Source of the DNA: Candidatus Saccharimonas sp. | Lineage (GTDB): Bacteria > Patescibacteriota > Saccharimonadia > Saccharimonadales > Saccharimonadaceae | Assembly (NCBI GenBank): GCA_015256915.3 | Contig: CP076101.2 | Coordinates: 240,001-272,000 of the forward strand | DNA length: 32,000 bases | Direction: 5' to 3' | In this document: piece by piece, positions 1-8,940 of the stretch | How positions within the stretch are numbered: position 1 is the stretch's first letter | Layout: each line of letters starts with the position of its first letter | Position numbers and translations under genes: made by a program | Notes under the pieces: model-generated | What the model was told of the DNA's origin: nothing | Seen by the model: the letters and a program-made list of their open reading frames with translations, nothing else | Database searches by the model: none

Positions 1-12
1 TTTTCGAAAATA

Positions 13-21
13 TGCTAAAAT
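13..21 (+). promoter_or_regulatory. Extended -10 promoter (TGcTAAAAT) for the 28..516 ORF
   Basis: TG at 13-14 and TAAAAT at 16-21. The ATG at 28 follows after only 6 nt with no Shine-Dalgarno, which implies a leaderless mRNA. Confidence 0.45.
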
Positions 22-27
22 ATCTTT

Positions 28-516
28 ATGAAAAATCACGCTTATTCTGATAAAAATCTTGAAGAATTTTTGCAAAAACATTTTGGTGTTAATTTTGGAA
101 TTGAAGAAGTTATTTTGCGTAATCTTTCGGTTGGATATTCAGCCGAAGCTACAATTTTCAAAAGCAAAAAAGGTCGTGTTTATGCTTTTATTTCGCTTGA
201 AGCTCGTGCAACTTTGGGCGATATTCAATATATTCTTTCAAAAATGAACTTAAAACCAGCTTTTTTCTTTCCGCCAAGCGGTTTCGAAAACTATTTTTAT
301 GACCGTGCTAAGGTGCAATTCTTAGAAGTATTTCCGGGGCGCCACGATGTAAAAGATGAAGAGCTGCGATATTACAAAAAACGCGTGCTTTATAACCCCG
401 CCCTTGTTGAAATTTCTGAAATTCGCGATGGTGAAATTCGCTGTTTTAATGCTGATTCTATTGGTTCGTGGCGAACAGCTCAAAGGTATTCGTACAAAAA
501 AATTTTAATGAAATAA
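28..516 (+). CDS. Hypothetical protein, 162 aa, no family recognised
   Basis: Complete ATG..TAA ORF with ordinary composition. No diagnostic motif seen. Confidence 0.6.
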   Translation: MKNHAYSDKNLEEFLQKHFGVNFGIEEVILRNLSVGYSAEATIFKSKKGRVYAFISLEARATLGDIQYILSKMNLKPAFFFPPSGFENYFYDRAKVQFLEVFPGRHDVKDEELRYYKKRVLYNPALVEISEIRDGEIRCFNADSIGSWRTAQRYSYKKILMK

Positions 517-556
517 ATTAAAATTGTGGAAAACTAAAAAATCCTCAAAAAAATGC

Positions 557-585
557 TTGCAAAATTATTATGCTTATGTTTTAAT
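557..585 (+). promoter_or_regulatory. Sigma70-type promoter of pilin gene 1 (TTGCAA-N17-TTTAAT with upstream TG)
   Basis: TTGCAA at 557-562, a 17-nt spacer, TGtTTTAAT at 577-585, then a leader of about 65 nt with AGGTGG before the ATG at 656. Confidence 0.45.
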
Positions 586-804
586 GGTTGCATACGGACA
601 GACCGTAAATAAAAATAACAATAATAATCGTTCATTAGAAAGGTGGATTTTCAGTATGAACTCAATTAATAAAAATAATAAAAAAGGTTTCACAATCATC
701 GAAGTTGTGCTTGTGCTTGCCATTGCCGGACTTATCTTCTTGATGGTATTCCTAGCGCTACCTGCTCTACAACGAAGCCAACGAGATACGCAACGAAAGA
801 ATGA
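571..804. repeat. Left arm of a 234-bp inverted repeat (pilin promoter -10, leader and codons 1-50)
   Basis: The reverse complement of 1684..1917 matches 571..804 except at 3 clustered positions (597, 599, 602). Checked base by base. Confidence 0.9.
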
Positions 805-1126
805 TGCTTCACGATTGCGCGCAGCAGTAACAGACTACACTTCAAACAACCGAGGAAAATTGCCTTGGGATGGAGCAGCTCCAAAGCCTGATTTTATTAG
901 TAAATATATCACAACAAATAATACAACAACATTTAATGATCCTTCAACAAACTCTCAATATACAATTGCAACTGCTACTGGAGCTACAGATGCTCCAACT
1001 GCACTTGGACAAATGAAGGTTTCCAACAACGCTAAATGTGGTACAGACGGAGCTATCGTAGCTGGTAATGGAATCGCTGTTTCTGTAAAAACTGAAAATG
1101 GCGTTGCAAACTGCGTTGAAGGTTAG
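656..1126 (+). CDS. Type IV pilin-like protein (prepilin N-terminal cleavage/methylation motif)
   Basis: MNSINKNNKKG|FTIIEVVLVLAIAGL gives G-1, F+1 and E+5 followed by a hydrophobic helix. A C-terminal Cys...Cys pair (CGTDG...NCVEG) forms a D-region-like loop. The ATG at 656 was chosen because AGGTGG lies upstream and the paralogue 1308..1832 starts at the identical codon. Confidence 0.85.
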   Translation: MNSINKNNKKGFTIIEVVLVLAIAGLIFLMVFLALPALQRSQRDTQRKNDASRLRAAVTDYTSNNRGKLPWDGAAPKPDFISKYITTNNTTTFNDPSTNSQYTIATATGATDAPTALGQMKVSNNAKCGTDGAIVAGNGIAVSVKTENGVANCVEG

Positions 1127-1149
1127 TATTTAATCTATAAAACTTAATT

Positions 1150-1180
1150 AAATAACTCTCTTCGGGGAGTTATTTAATTT
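1150..1180 (+). terminator. Rho-independent terminator after pilin gene 1
   Basis: aaataactctc-ttcg-gggagttattt is an 11-bp stem with one G.U pair, followed by a T-rich tract. Confidence 0.6.
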
Positions 1181-1256
1181 TGCGAAAGTATTCTATTGGC
1201 TTAATAGTAAGTTTGTTTTAGCACTATTGGATGCTGAGAAGTATTTTACACCACAA

Positions 1257-1294
1257 TAAAAAAACGGCTTCCTTAACGAAAAGCTGTTTTTTTT
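1257..1294. terminator. Hairpin with flanking A and T runs between the convergent pilin genes
   Basis: acggctt...aagctgt stem, A-run on the left and T8 on the right. The pairing contains a G.U on the plus strand that becomes an A.C mismatch on the minus strand. Confidence 0.4.
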
Positions 1295-1307
1295 ATTAAG
1301 ATTATAT

Positions 1308-1832
1308 CTAGTTATTTACGCAGTAGGATCCACCAGCTTCTAGAATTATTCGAAGGGCTACTTTACCATTGCTTCCTTCTTCTATTCTTACTCCATTTGG
1401 CTGTGATGGATCACATATTCCATTTGCTGACCATTCAATAGCTATAACTTCTGCATAGTCATCATATTCCATTTTTTGTGGAGTTCTGTCGAACACTGCA
1501 TAGTTTCGTCCGCTTGGATCCTTCATCTCCTCGCCATCTTTGAATAAATAATTTTTTATAAATCCTGTTGCACCACTATCTTTATTTGGGAAATCTCCTA
1601 AAGTTCTTTCTCCGTGATTAGATGGTAACTTTCCTTTATTAGCGGCTCTATATTCATTTACTGCTGCTAGTATTTTACTTAGGTCATTCTTTCGTTGCGT
1701 ATCTCGTTGGCTTCGTTGTAGAGCAGGTAGCGCTAGGAATACCATCAAGAAGATAAGTCCGGCAATGGCAAGCACAAGCACAACTTCGATGATTGTGAAA
1801 CCTTTTTTATTATTTTTATTAATTGAGTTCAT
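1308..1832 (-). CDS. Type IV pilin-like protein, paralogue of 656..1126
   Basis: The first 50 aa are identical to pilin 1, including KKG|FTIIEV. The C-terminal domain is unrelated and carries a Cys...Cys pair (CDPSQ...YCVNN). Confidence 0.85.
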   Translation of the reverse strand: MNSINKNNKKGFTIIEVVLVLAIAGLIFLMVFLALPALQRSQRDTQRKNDLSKILAAVNEYRAANKGKLPSNHGERTLGDFPNKDSGATGFIKNYLFKDGEEMKDPSGRNYAVFDRTPQKMEYDDYAEVIAIEWSANGICDPSQPNGVRIEEGSNGKVALRIILEAGGSYCVNN

Positions 1833-1917
1833 ACTGAAAATCCACCTTTCTAATGAACGATTATTATTGTTATTTTTATTTACGGCCTATACGTATGCAA
1901 CCATTAAAACATAAGCA
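1684..1917. repeat. Right arm of the 234-bp inverted repeat
   Basis: See 571..804. 231 of 234 positions are identical in inverted orientation. Confidence 0.9.
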
Positions 1918-1931
1918 AGATAAAAAATCAA
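1903..1931 (-). promoter_or_regulatory. Promoter of pilin gene 2 (TTGATT-N17-TTTAAT)
   Basis: The -10 and TG lie inside the repeat. The -35 TTGATT (plus-strand aatcaa, 1926-1931) lies just outside it. Confidence 0.4.
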
Positions 1932-1945
1932 TATCTTTAAATATT

Positions 1946-3265
1946 TTATTGATTTTTAATTTCTAGAATAATTAAGTTTTCAATATGTGGCGTTCGTGGA
2001 AAGAAATTATAGCCACGGGCATAAATTATCTTATATTTTTTACTCAGAATTGCTATATCGCGTGCTTGCGTTGTTGGGTTGCAGCTCAAATAAATCACTC
2101 TTTCTGGTTCTGTCTCAAGAATCTTTTCACAAACTTCACGGTTCATTCCAGCTCGTGGTGGATCAACAATTAAATTTGCTCCTTTTTTAATGAAGTCTAA
2201 AGCTTTTTCACTTGGTGAAAAGATGGCTTTTGCAGTTTTTTCTCGCCCAAGCTTTGTGATATTTCTTTGCATTTCTTTGACTGCTGGTTCGTTAATTTCA
2301 ACTAAAGTTAAATCGCCCGCACCAATTGTGAGACCAATTGAGCCTACGCCAGAGTATAAATCAACTGTTGGTTTTGAAATATCGATGAATTTCTTCATAT
2401 CGCGCAAAGCCTGTTCATAAACTGGTAAGTTTATCTGGAAAAAGCTCTCAGTTGCATAATTAAAATTCACGCCAAGAACTGAATCCTGTAAATTTTCTTG
2501 GTTTTGGCTTTGAATCTTTTTAGTTATTACGCTGGCTGGCGATTTTGGGTTTGAAAAAATAATCTCAAAATTTTTAAATCCAAGGCTAGTTATTTCTTCT
2601 TTCGAAAATAGCTTAAACCTCTCATCTTTTACATAAAGTTGGGCTGAAATTTCACCTTTTTGGTTCGCGCGAATCAATAAAGTCTTCAAATCTCGACTTG
2701 CAGTTTTTCTATCTCGTAAAATTGCAAGCACTTTTTGGCCTGCTTGGTTAATTTCTGATGTAGCTAAACTTGTACCAAAAACTGGGATTTTTCCTTTTCC
2801 TCCACGCTTAAAAAATGCTAAACTTGGCTCGCCATCATTTTCATTTTCTTCAGATTTTTCCCACCAAAATGAAAACTCCACTTTATTACGATATTCAAAA
2901 ATTTTACCATCAGAATAAAAATCTTCTTGGTTTTTGAGTTCAATTTTTTCTTGGTGAAAGCTTTCAAAAATTAGTTCTTGTTTGATTTTTTGTTCGAAAT
3001 CGAAGTTAAAAATCTGCCATGGGCTGGTTGAAAGAAAACTCTCCTTATCTTTCGGCTCAATTCTCTCGGGCGAATTTTCGAAAATTTCAACCGCAAAACC
3101 CTCTATAAAACTCGATTTACTTTTTGTAATTTGAATTTTTGCGGTTTCATTTGGTAAGACTCCCCACGCAAAGATTTTTTTTCCATTTTTAAGCGTACCT
3201 AAGGCTTGCCCGCCAGGTGTAATTTTATCAAATTTAGCTATTTCGAACTTAATTTTCCGTGCCAT
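1946..3265 (-). CDS. RumA/RlmD (TrmA)-family SAM-dependent RNA (uracil-5)-methyltransferase
   Basis: TRAM-like N-terminus, DLYSGVGSIGL (SAM motif I), DPPRAGM, and YLSCNPTTQARD with the catalytic Cys. Confidence 0.8.
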   Translation of the reverse strand: MARKIKFEIAKFDKITPGGQALGTLKNGKKIFAWGVLPNETAKIQITKSKSSFIEGFAVEIFENSPERIEPKDKESFLSTSPWQIFNFDFEQKIKQELIFESFHQEKIELKNQEDFYSDGKIFEYRNKVEFSFWWEKSEENENDGEPSLAFFKRGGKGKIPVFGTSLATSEINQAGQKVLAILRDRKTASRDLKTLLIRANQKGEISAQLYVKDERFKLFSKEEITSLGFKNFEIIFSNPKSPASVITKKIQSQNQENLQDSVLGVNFNYATESFFQINLPVYEQALRDMKKFIDISKPTVDLYSGVGSIGLTIGAGDLTLVEINEPAVKEMQRNITKLGREKTAKAIFSPSEKALDFIKKGANLIVDPPRAGMNREVCEKILETEPERVIYLSCNPTTQARDIAILSKKYKIIYARGYNFFPRTPHIENLIILEIKNQ

Positions 3266-3267
3266 AA

Positions 3268-4008
3268 TTATTCTATTTTATCAGAATTTTGCCAAAAACG
3301 CCATATCTCTAACCACTCTTCACCCTTCAATTCGCTTGGCTTTTTAGTTTTAAATTTTGGTTGGCAATTTTTTTTATAAAATTCTGGCACGGCAAACATT
3401 TTTTCAATAAAATCATTAAAAATTGGCTGTTCTTCTTTCGAAATTAGTGGAGTTTCTCGCCGTTTCATTTCGAAAAATACGGTTTCAACGGCTGGTGGTG
3501 GTGTAAAATCAGATTTTTGAAGAGGTTTTTTAATTTTACTTTCAAAAAACGGAAATGTTTTTACACCAAGCGCAGAAGTGAAATTTTTATCGCTCACAAT
3601 TAGTTTGCGGGTGAATTGTTTTTGTAAAATTAAATAAATGCTTTTTGGTGAATTTTGAGCAACTGTAAGCTTTTGGATAATCGGCGAACTTAAATGGAAA
3701 GGAATGTTTGCACAAACTTTGTAATTTTTTGGTAATTTCGAAAGATTGAAGTGCAAAAAATCTGCACATAAAACTTCAACATTCTCTAAATTTTTAGTGT
3801 TATTTTGAAGTTTTTTGAAAGTTCCGCGGTCAAATTCAATTGCTAAAACTTGTGCAGATTTTTTGCTAAGAGCATAAGTAAAAACACCACTTCCAGCACC
3901 TATGTCTAGCGTAAAATCTCGCTTTCGAATATTGCTGTGCCCAACAAGCATTAGTGCAATTCGTGGCGAACGCAAGAAATTTTGCGAAATACGGTGTTTT
4001 CGTGCCAT
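3268..4008 (-). CDS. rRNA adenine N6-methyltransferase family protein (Erm/KsgA family, Erm-like in length)
   Basis: SQNFL near the N-terminus, DIGAGSGVFT glycine loop and ANIPF catalytic motif, in 246 aa. The start abuts the permease stop with zero spacer, and the stop lies 2 nt from the RumA start. Confidence 0.7.
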   Translation of the reverse strand: MARKHRISQNFLRSPRIALMLVGHSNIRKRDFTLDIGAGSGVFTYALSKKSAQVLAIEFDRGTFKKLQNNTKNLENVEVLCADFLHFNLSKLPKNYKVCANIPFHLSSPIIQKLTVAQNSPKSIYLILQKQFTRKLIVSDKNFTSALGVKTFPFFESKIKKPLQKSDFTPPPAVETVFFEMKRRETPLISKEEQPIFNDFIEKMFAVPEFYKKNCQPKFKTKKPSELKGEEWLEIWRFWQNSDKIE

Positions 4009-5292
4009 CTATTCGTATCTCAAAGCTTCGATTGGGTCTTTTTTGCTGGCGCTTCGTGCTGGCAAAGCTCCGGCCAAAAATGCTACAACCGCAATAATCA
4101 AAGTTATAGTTATGTTATTTTTGATGGTGAACTTTGTTAAATTAAATCCTTCAAGCCCTTTCAAGAAATCTTTTGAGGCAAAACTATTTAAAGCATCTCC
4201 CGCTAAAGATGCGAGTATAATTCCTAAAATTGAACCAATTAAACCAATCAGAATTGCTTCAATACTGAAAAGTTGGAAAATCTTTCGGTTTGAAAGCCCC
4301 ATTGCTTTCATTAAACCAATTTCGCGAGTCCGTTCACGCACGCTCATGTAAAGTGTATTAATGATTCCGAAGCTAGCCGCAAGAAGTGCAATAGCTCCAA
4401 AAACAATCAAAGATCCAGTAATTCCATTTACAACATTCATGATAGTTTCGACTTGATCTTTAGCTGTGTTTGCTGAATAGCCCGCTTTTTTAGCGTCTTC
4501 CTTGATTTGGTTTAGTTTATCTTCAGTTATTTTTCCTTCAATTTGAGCTAGAGCAGAAATACTTTTTTCTTTAGACTCTTTTGGCAGGCTTCTTGTTTGA
4601 AAGTCATAAATTTCATTAAAGGCTGGTTCGTTAATTGTCACCATTGCTGATTGAATTAAGCTCTTAGCTGTTACGCCTGAAATTTTTTGAGTAAAGGCTT
4701 TAGTCTCGCCAGTCAAAGAATCTGAAACTTGAAAGGTTACTTTTTCACCAATCGCAGCTTGGGCATTTTTAAAGCCTAGAGGTTCAAGATAATCCTGAGA
4801 AATTGTTACCTCGTCTTTATTTTTTGGTTTACCCCCAGCTAGGAAATCAAAGTCAAATTTTTGTCCTTCGACTTCTACTATAACAGATGTGATTGTAAGT
4901 TTCTTACTGTCTTTGTATTGAATATAATCTGGTGTTGCCATTTTATAGAAGCGGGCATTTTTAACATTTAAAATTTTGTTAATCTTTTCAAGATCTTTAG
5001 AATTCAAGGTTTGTTGTGTATACCGTGAATCGGGTTTTTTCGAATCACCTTCTTTATATTCTTGAGGTCCAAAAGCTACGCCATTATCCTGCTTCGGCTT
5101 AAAATAAATTATAGAGTCGTCACCAAAAACCGAAAGCTGTTTTTGGATATAATCATTCACGCCGATATTCACGGCAGAAGTTAATGCTATGGTAAAAGAG
5201 CCGATACAAACCGCGATAATCGTCAAGAAAGTTCGGCCTTTATTCCGCCATAAATTTGATGCTGAGGTTTTGACCATATCTAAAAATTTCAT
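4009..5292 (-). CDS. ABC transporter permease, MacB/FtsX type
   Basis: N-terminal TM (FLTIIAVCIGSFTIA), a large extracytoplasmic domain and a C-terminal FtsX-like 3-TM module. The ATG at 5292 overlaps the upstream TAA by 1 nt (TAATG), so the track's upstream extension is rejected. Confidence 0.8.
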   Translation of the reverse strand: MKFLDMVKTSASNLWRNKGRTFLTIIAVCIGSFTIALTSAVNIGVNDYIQKQLSVFGDDSIIYFKPKQDNGVAFGPQEYKEGDSKKPDSRYTQQTLNSKDLEKINKILNVKNARFYKMATPDYIQYKDSKKLTITSVIVEVEGQKFDFDFLAGGKPKNKDEVTISQDYLEPLGFKNAQAAIGEKVTFQVSDSLTGETKAFTQKISGVTAKSLIQSAMVTINEPAFNEIYDFQTRSLPKESKEKSISALAQIEGKITEDKLNQIKEDAKKAGYSANTAKDQVETIMNVVNGITGSLIVFGAIALLAASFGIINTLYMSVRERTREIGLMKAMGLSNRKIFQLFSIEAILIGLIGSILGIILASLAGDALNSFASKDFLKGLEGFNLTKFTIKNNITITLIIAVVAFLAGALPARSASKKDPIEALRYE

Positions 5293-5984
5293 TATTTTTC
5301 TCCTTTTGAAACAATTCGTCCGTCTTGAATTCGAATCTGGTGGTCGCATTTTGCCGCCAAAGATTCATCATGCGTTACAATAATTAATGTAATTCCATTT
5401 TCCTTATTTAAACCAAAAAGTAAATCCTCAATTTTTTTGCTTGTTTTTGAGTCGAGATTTCCTGTTGGTTCATCGGCGAAAATAATTTCTGGTGAATTTG
5501 CAATTGCGCGAGCCACGCAGACACGTTGTTTTTGACCACCAGAAAGATTAGAAGCTTTATTTTTAGCTTTGTCGGTTAGCTCAACAGATTCGAGAGCTTT
5601 TAGAGCAATTTCTTTGCGCTTTCTTGAACCAACTCCGGCAATTTTAAGCGGTAGAATCACATTTTGTAAAACCGTGTCTTTTGGATTCATGAAGAATTGT
5701 TGAAAAACAAAGCCAAAAGTTTGGTTTCGAAGTTTATTCAATTCGCGTTTTTTCATTTTAGCAATATTTTGGCCATTAATTAAAATTTCACCCTCATTTG
5801 GTTTGTCGAGCGCTGCTAAAAGGTGCATAAGTGTCGATTTTCCGCTACCAGATTTACCAATAATTGCAACACTTTCACCTTTTTGGATGCTAAAAGAAAC
5901 GCCATTTAGTGCTTTAAAATATGTATTGCCGTCGCGATAAACTTTGACGAGATTCTTAACTTCTATTAAATTACTTTTGTTCAT
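5292..5984 (-). CDS. ABC transporter ATP-binding protein (MacB/LolD-like)
   Basis: Walker A GKSGSGKST, signature LSGGQKQR, Walker B IIFADEPT. AGGAAAGGA Shine-Dalgarno upstream. Confidence 0.9.
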   Translation of the reverse strand: MNKSNLIEVKNLVKVYRDGNTYFKALNGVSFSIQKGESVAIIGKSGSGKSTLMHLLAALDKPNEGEILINGQNIAKMKKRELNKLRNQTFGFVFQQFFMNPKDTVLQNVILPLKIAGVGSRKRKEIALKALESVELTDKAKNKASNLSGGQKQRVCVARAIANSPEIIFADEPTGNLDSKTSKKIEDLLFGLNKENGITLIIVTHDESLAAKCDHQIRIQDGRIVSKGEK

Positions 5985-6041
5985 TAAATTCCTTTCCTGT
6001 AACTATTTAATTCTACCAATCATAATCTTCGCTGTCAAATT

Positions 6042-8834
6042 CTAATGCTCAATTTTAAGATTATTCGTATTTTGAGTTTCTCGAGTTTGCGGTTTTAAAT
6101 TTCGCGAACGCGGTTTGCGGCGTTTTTTTACTTGCGGAATTTCAATTCCTTTTTCAGCAAAAGCTTTCGAAAGATCCTTAAGGCCTAAACTTGGTTCTTT
6201 TTGTTCAGCAGAATTTGGACTGATCTTTCTTGGATCGATCGGTGTTTTCGAAAAATCAATTTTTTTTGCTTCAAACATTGGTTGAATTGGTGTAAAATTT
6301 TGTGGTTTTGCTGTTGGTTTTATGTTCTGGGATTTTTGGTTCGAAATTCCTTGATTTTTAACTGGCGCAAAAACATTTTCCGCGACCTTTTTCGAAAATT
6401 CTACCCCATTTCGTTCCGCCCAAGCCTTTGTCATTAGTTCTTTTGGTGGCACTAGAATATCGCGGATGCGTTGTTCGATGACGGCTCGTGGCGTACTATA
6501 ATTTCGGCGCGTATTTTCAATAATCTTCGCGCTCAAATCATTAAAAGGTTTTGGCAAAGTTAGAGTTGTCGCACTAAATGGTGTTGATTTTTCGCCGTTG
6601 ATAATCATCGTCATTACAAAATGGCGGTTATTTAAGCTCATTAAATCTGAAGCATCGAATTGTGGCTTAAACTGCTCGGCCAAAACTGGAGCGTCTTCAA
6701 CCGAAACACGGAACGAAATGATTGATCCAACATTTCCAAAAACCGCATTTTTAACGCTGTCGGTCATTTGTGAAACATATTGATTAGCAACGGTTAAAGT
6801 TAAGCCGTATTTTCGAATTTCTGAAAGAATTACGGCAAAAGAATCGGTAGCAAAGTTTTGAAATTCATCAACATAAAGATGAAACGGTCGGCGATCTTCA
6901 AGCCGTTCAATATCTGCGCGCGATTGGGCGGCAAGCTGAATTTTTGTCACTAAGAAAGAACCAAGTACCGAGGCGTTATCTTCACCAATCAAGCCTTTCG
7001 AAAGATTTACAACCAAGATTTTGCCTTCATCCATAATCTCGCGAATATTAAAGGTCGATTTTGGCTGACCAATGATATTTCGAATAATTGGGTTTGCTGT
7101 GAAAGCCCCAACCTTATTTAAAATTGGTGCAATAGCTTCATTCACCTGTTTTTCACCCCATTGACCAAATTCCTTTTTCCAGAATTGAAGTACGGAGTCA
7201 TCTTTACAATAAGTTAAAGTCTCTTTTCGAAAATCGCCATCTGTTAGCATTCTTGAAATATCAAGCATTGTAGTTTCTGGGCGATCAAGAAGTGCCAGAA
7301 GTGTAAAACGCAAGATATATTCAAGGCGAGGACCCCAAGAATCACCAAACATACGCTTCAAAACACCGATAACCTCGGAAGAAATGTTTGATTTTCGACT
7401 CGGATCAGTTACTTCGAGCGGATTGAAGCCAAGTGGAAATTCTGTGTCGGCAGGATTAAAGTAAATTACATCATTAAGACGATGCTCAGGAATGAATCGC
7501 ATGTTGTTTTGCGCAAAATCGCCGTGTGGGTCGATAATTGCATATCCTTCCCCATGAAAAATATCCGAAAGTGCCAAAAGCTCAAGCGATCCAGATTTAC
7601 CGGTTCCTGTTTGACCAATAATATAAAGGTGTCGCGAACGGTCGCGGCGAAGCATTCCAAATTGGTGGTTAATTCCGCGAAAGTTTGTTAAACCAAAAGC
7701 TGAAATATTTTCATCATGTGCGCGGTCGCCAGTAATTATTGGTAATTTCGAAGGCGGTTCGGCAGTTTTGCTTGAAGCCCAAACAATGTTTGGAGTTTCC
7801 ACGTTTGTGTGCGGTAAATGCCAAATGCTGGCGAGCTCTTGAATATTTAAAATAAAGCCGTCATCAAAGAATATTCGCGATTGAAAATCTCGAATTTTAT
7901 CTTTATCGAGTGAAGAATTCGAAGCCTTAAAACCATTTAAATTTGTACTATTAAACTGTTTGAAAGTTCCAGTTAGAGCTTGAATTTGAAGCCGTGCAGT
8001 ATCTTCATCTTCCCCTAAATATGCCAAACGAATTTTAACTTGATAACCAAGTTTTGTGGCCTTTTCTTCAGCTTTCGAAATACGAGTTTTATCGCGGTCA
8101 GACGGTTCTTTTTTAGCATTTTCTGAACCCTCTGGTGGTGTCCAAAGCGCTTCTAGAATTCGCAAAATATATTTCCAATCAATTTTGAAAGCTTTTTTAC
8201 CAGACTTAACTTTCTTCACCCATTCATCTGATTTTTTATGCCAATCATCTGCAACAGGTCGTGCTAAAACTTGAATCCAAAGTTGATCATTTGTTCCGTC
8301 TAATTTTGCGAGTGTTCCAGTAATTCCCGCAAGTGGATCAACTTCGAAACCGTCAAAAGTTTTAATTGGCAAGGCTTCGTTTTCAATCAAGTCGATTTCA
8401 GTTGAATAAATTACGTGTTTATTTTCGAGATTCTCTGCGTAATCTTCTTTTGCTTCATAAATTTGAACTGTTGGATATTGTGAATAAATCTGCCCTTCCA
8501 CAAAACTTTGTAAAGTTCTCGGCATCCAAACATAAAACCGAATTGCGCCATTAACAGATACAATTTCAAAACTTAAATGTTCCTGAACGCCATTATTATT
8601 TTTAAGCTCGGTTGGGTCTCGCAAAATTCCGTGCAAACTGGCAAGGAGTTGCTCGGCGGCAAGCTCAGATTTATCATTAGTTTTTGGAATTTCCAACGCT
8701 AAAAGAACGCTGTCGGTATTCATTACGGTTAATTTATCGATTTTTTTATAATTTTGCCAAGTTAGAAAAGCTAAAATCGCCACGATTGTTAGCCAAACTA
8801 AAGGGTTAAATAAGATTGAAAAAAATGCCGTCAT
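6042..8834 (-). CDS. VirD4/TraG/TraD-like (FtsK-HerA superfamily) membrane-anchored ATPase
   Basis: N-terminal TM segment, Walker A GQTGTGKSG, Walker B-like HLYVDEFQNF, and a RKYGLTLTVANQY block typical of coupling-protein C-terminal domains. The start at 8834 is supported by the promoter at 8844..8872. Confidence 0.6.
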   Translation of the reverse strand: MTAFFSILFNPLVWLTIVAILAFLTWQNYKKIDKLTVMNTDSVLLALEIPKTNDKSELAAEQLLASLHGILRDPTELKNNNGVQEHLSFEIVSVNGAIRFYVWMPRTLQSFVEGQIYSQYPTVQIYEAKEDYAENLENKHVIYSTEIDLIENEALPIKTFDGFEVDPLAGITGTLAKLDGTNDQLWIQVLARPVADDWHKKSDEWVKKVKSGKKAFKIDWKYILRILEALWTPPEGSENAKKEPSDRDKTRISKAEEKATKLGYQVKIRLAYLGEDEDTARLQIQALTGTFKQFNSTNLNGFKASNSSLDKDKIRDFQSRIFFDDGFILNIQELASIWHLPHTNVETPNIVWASSKTAEPPSKLPIITGDRAHDENISAFGLTNFRGINHQFGMLRRDRSRHLYIIGQTGTGKSGSLELLALSDIFHGEGYAIIDPHGDFAQNNMRFIPEHRLNDVIYFNPADTEFPLGFNPLEVTDPSRKSNISSEVIGVLKRMFGDSWGPRLEYILRFTLLALLDRPETTMLDISRMLTDGDFRKETLTYCKDDSVLQFWKKEFGQWGEKQVNEAIAPILNKVGAFTANPIIRNIIGQPKSTFNIREIMDEGKILVVNLSKGLIGEDNASVLGSFLVTKIQLAAQSRADIERLEDRRPFHLYVDEFQNFATDSFAVILSEIRKYGLTLTVANQYVSQMTDSVKNAVFGNVGSIISFRVSVEDAPVLAEQFKPQFDASDLMSLNNRHFVMTMIINGEKSTPFSATTLTLPKPFNDLSAKIIENTRRNYSTPRAVIEQRIRDILVPPKELMTKAWAERNGVEFSKKVAENVFAPVKNQGISNQKSQNIKPTAKPQNFTPIQPMFEAKKIDFSKTPIDPRKISPNSAEQKEPSLGLKDLSKAFAEKGIEIPQVKKRRKPRSRNLKPQTRETQNTNNLKIEH

Positions 8835-8843
8835 AGTGTTTAA

Positions 8844-8872
8844 ATAATAGCATAAAACTGCAAAAAAATCAA
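8844..8872 (-). promoter_or_regulatory. Promoter TTGATT-N17-TGcTATTAT, 9 nt upstream of the ATG at 8834
   Basis: Read on the minus strand. No Shine-Dalgarno lies between the -10 and the ATG. Confidence 0.45.
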
Positions 8873-8940
8873 GATAGTGGTTATGCTTTTTGGTTTTTCG
8901 AAAATAAAATCCGCCCAAATTTTTGAGCGAATTTTAGTTT

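Noticed and set aside
524-655. The N-terminal extension of the pilin 1 ORF given by the ORF track (start at 524).
   Set aside because: The paralogue on the other strand starts at the equivalent internal ATG, and an AGGTGG Shine-Dalgarno precedes 656. The extension would also bury the prepilin signal 44 residues into the protein.
571-1917. The 234-bp inverted repeats read as terminal inverted repeats of an IS or transposon.
   Set aside because: The repeats are the 5' ends of two pilin genes. No transposase lies between them and I saw no target-site duplication.
8835-8918. Upstream extensions of track ORFs: 8918 versus 8834, plus 5349 versus 5292, 12763 versus 12799, 21252 versus 21207 and 24226 versus 24232.
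   Set aside because: In each case a promoter or Shine-Dalgarno sits inside the extension. In some the upstream gene's stop overlaps the internal ATG (TAATG at 5292). The extra residues look non-native, for example MGGFYFRKTKKHNHY.
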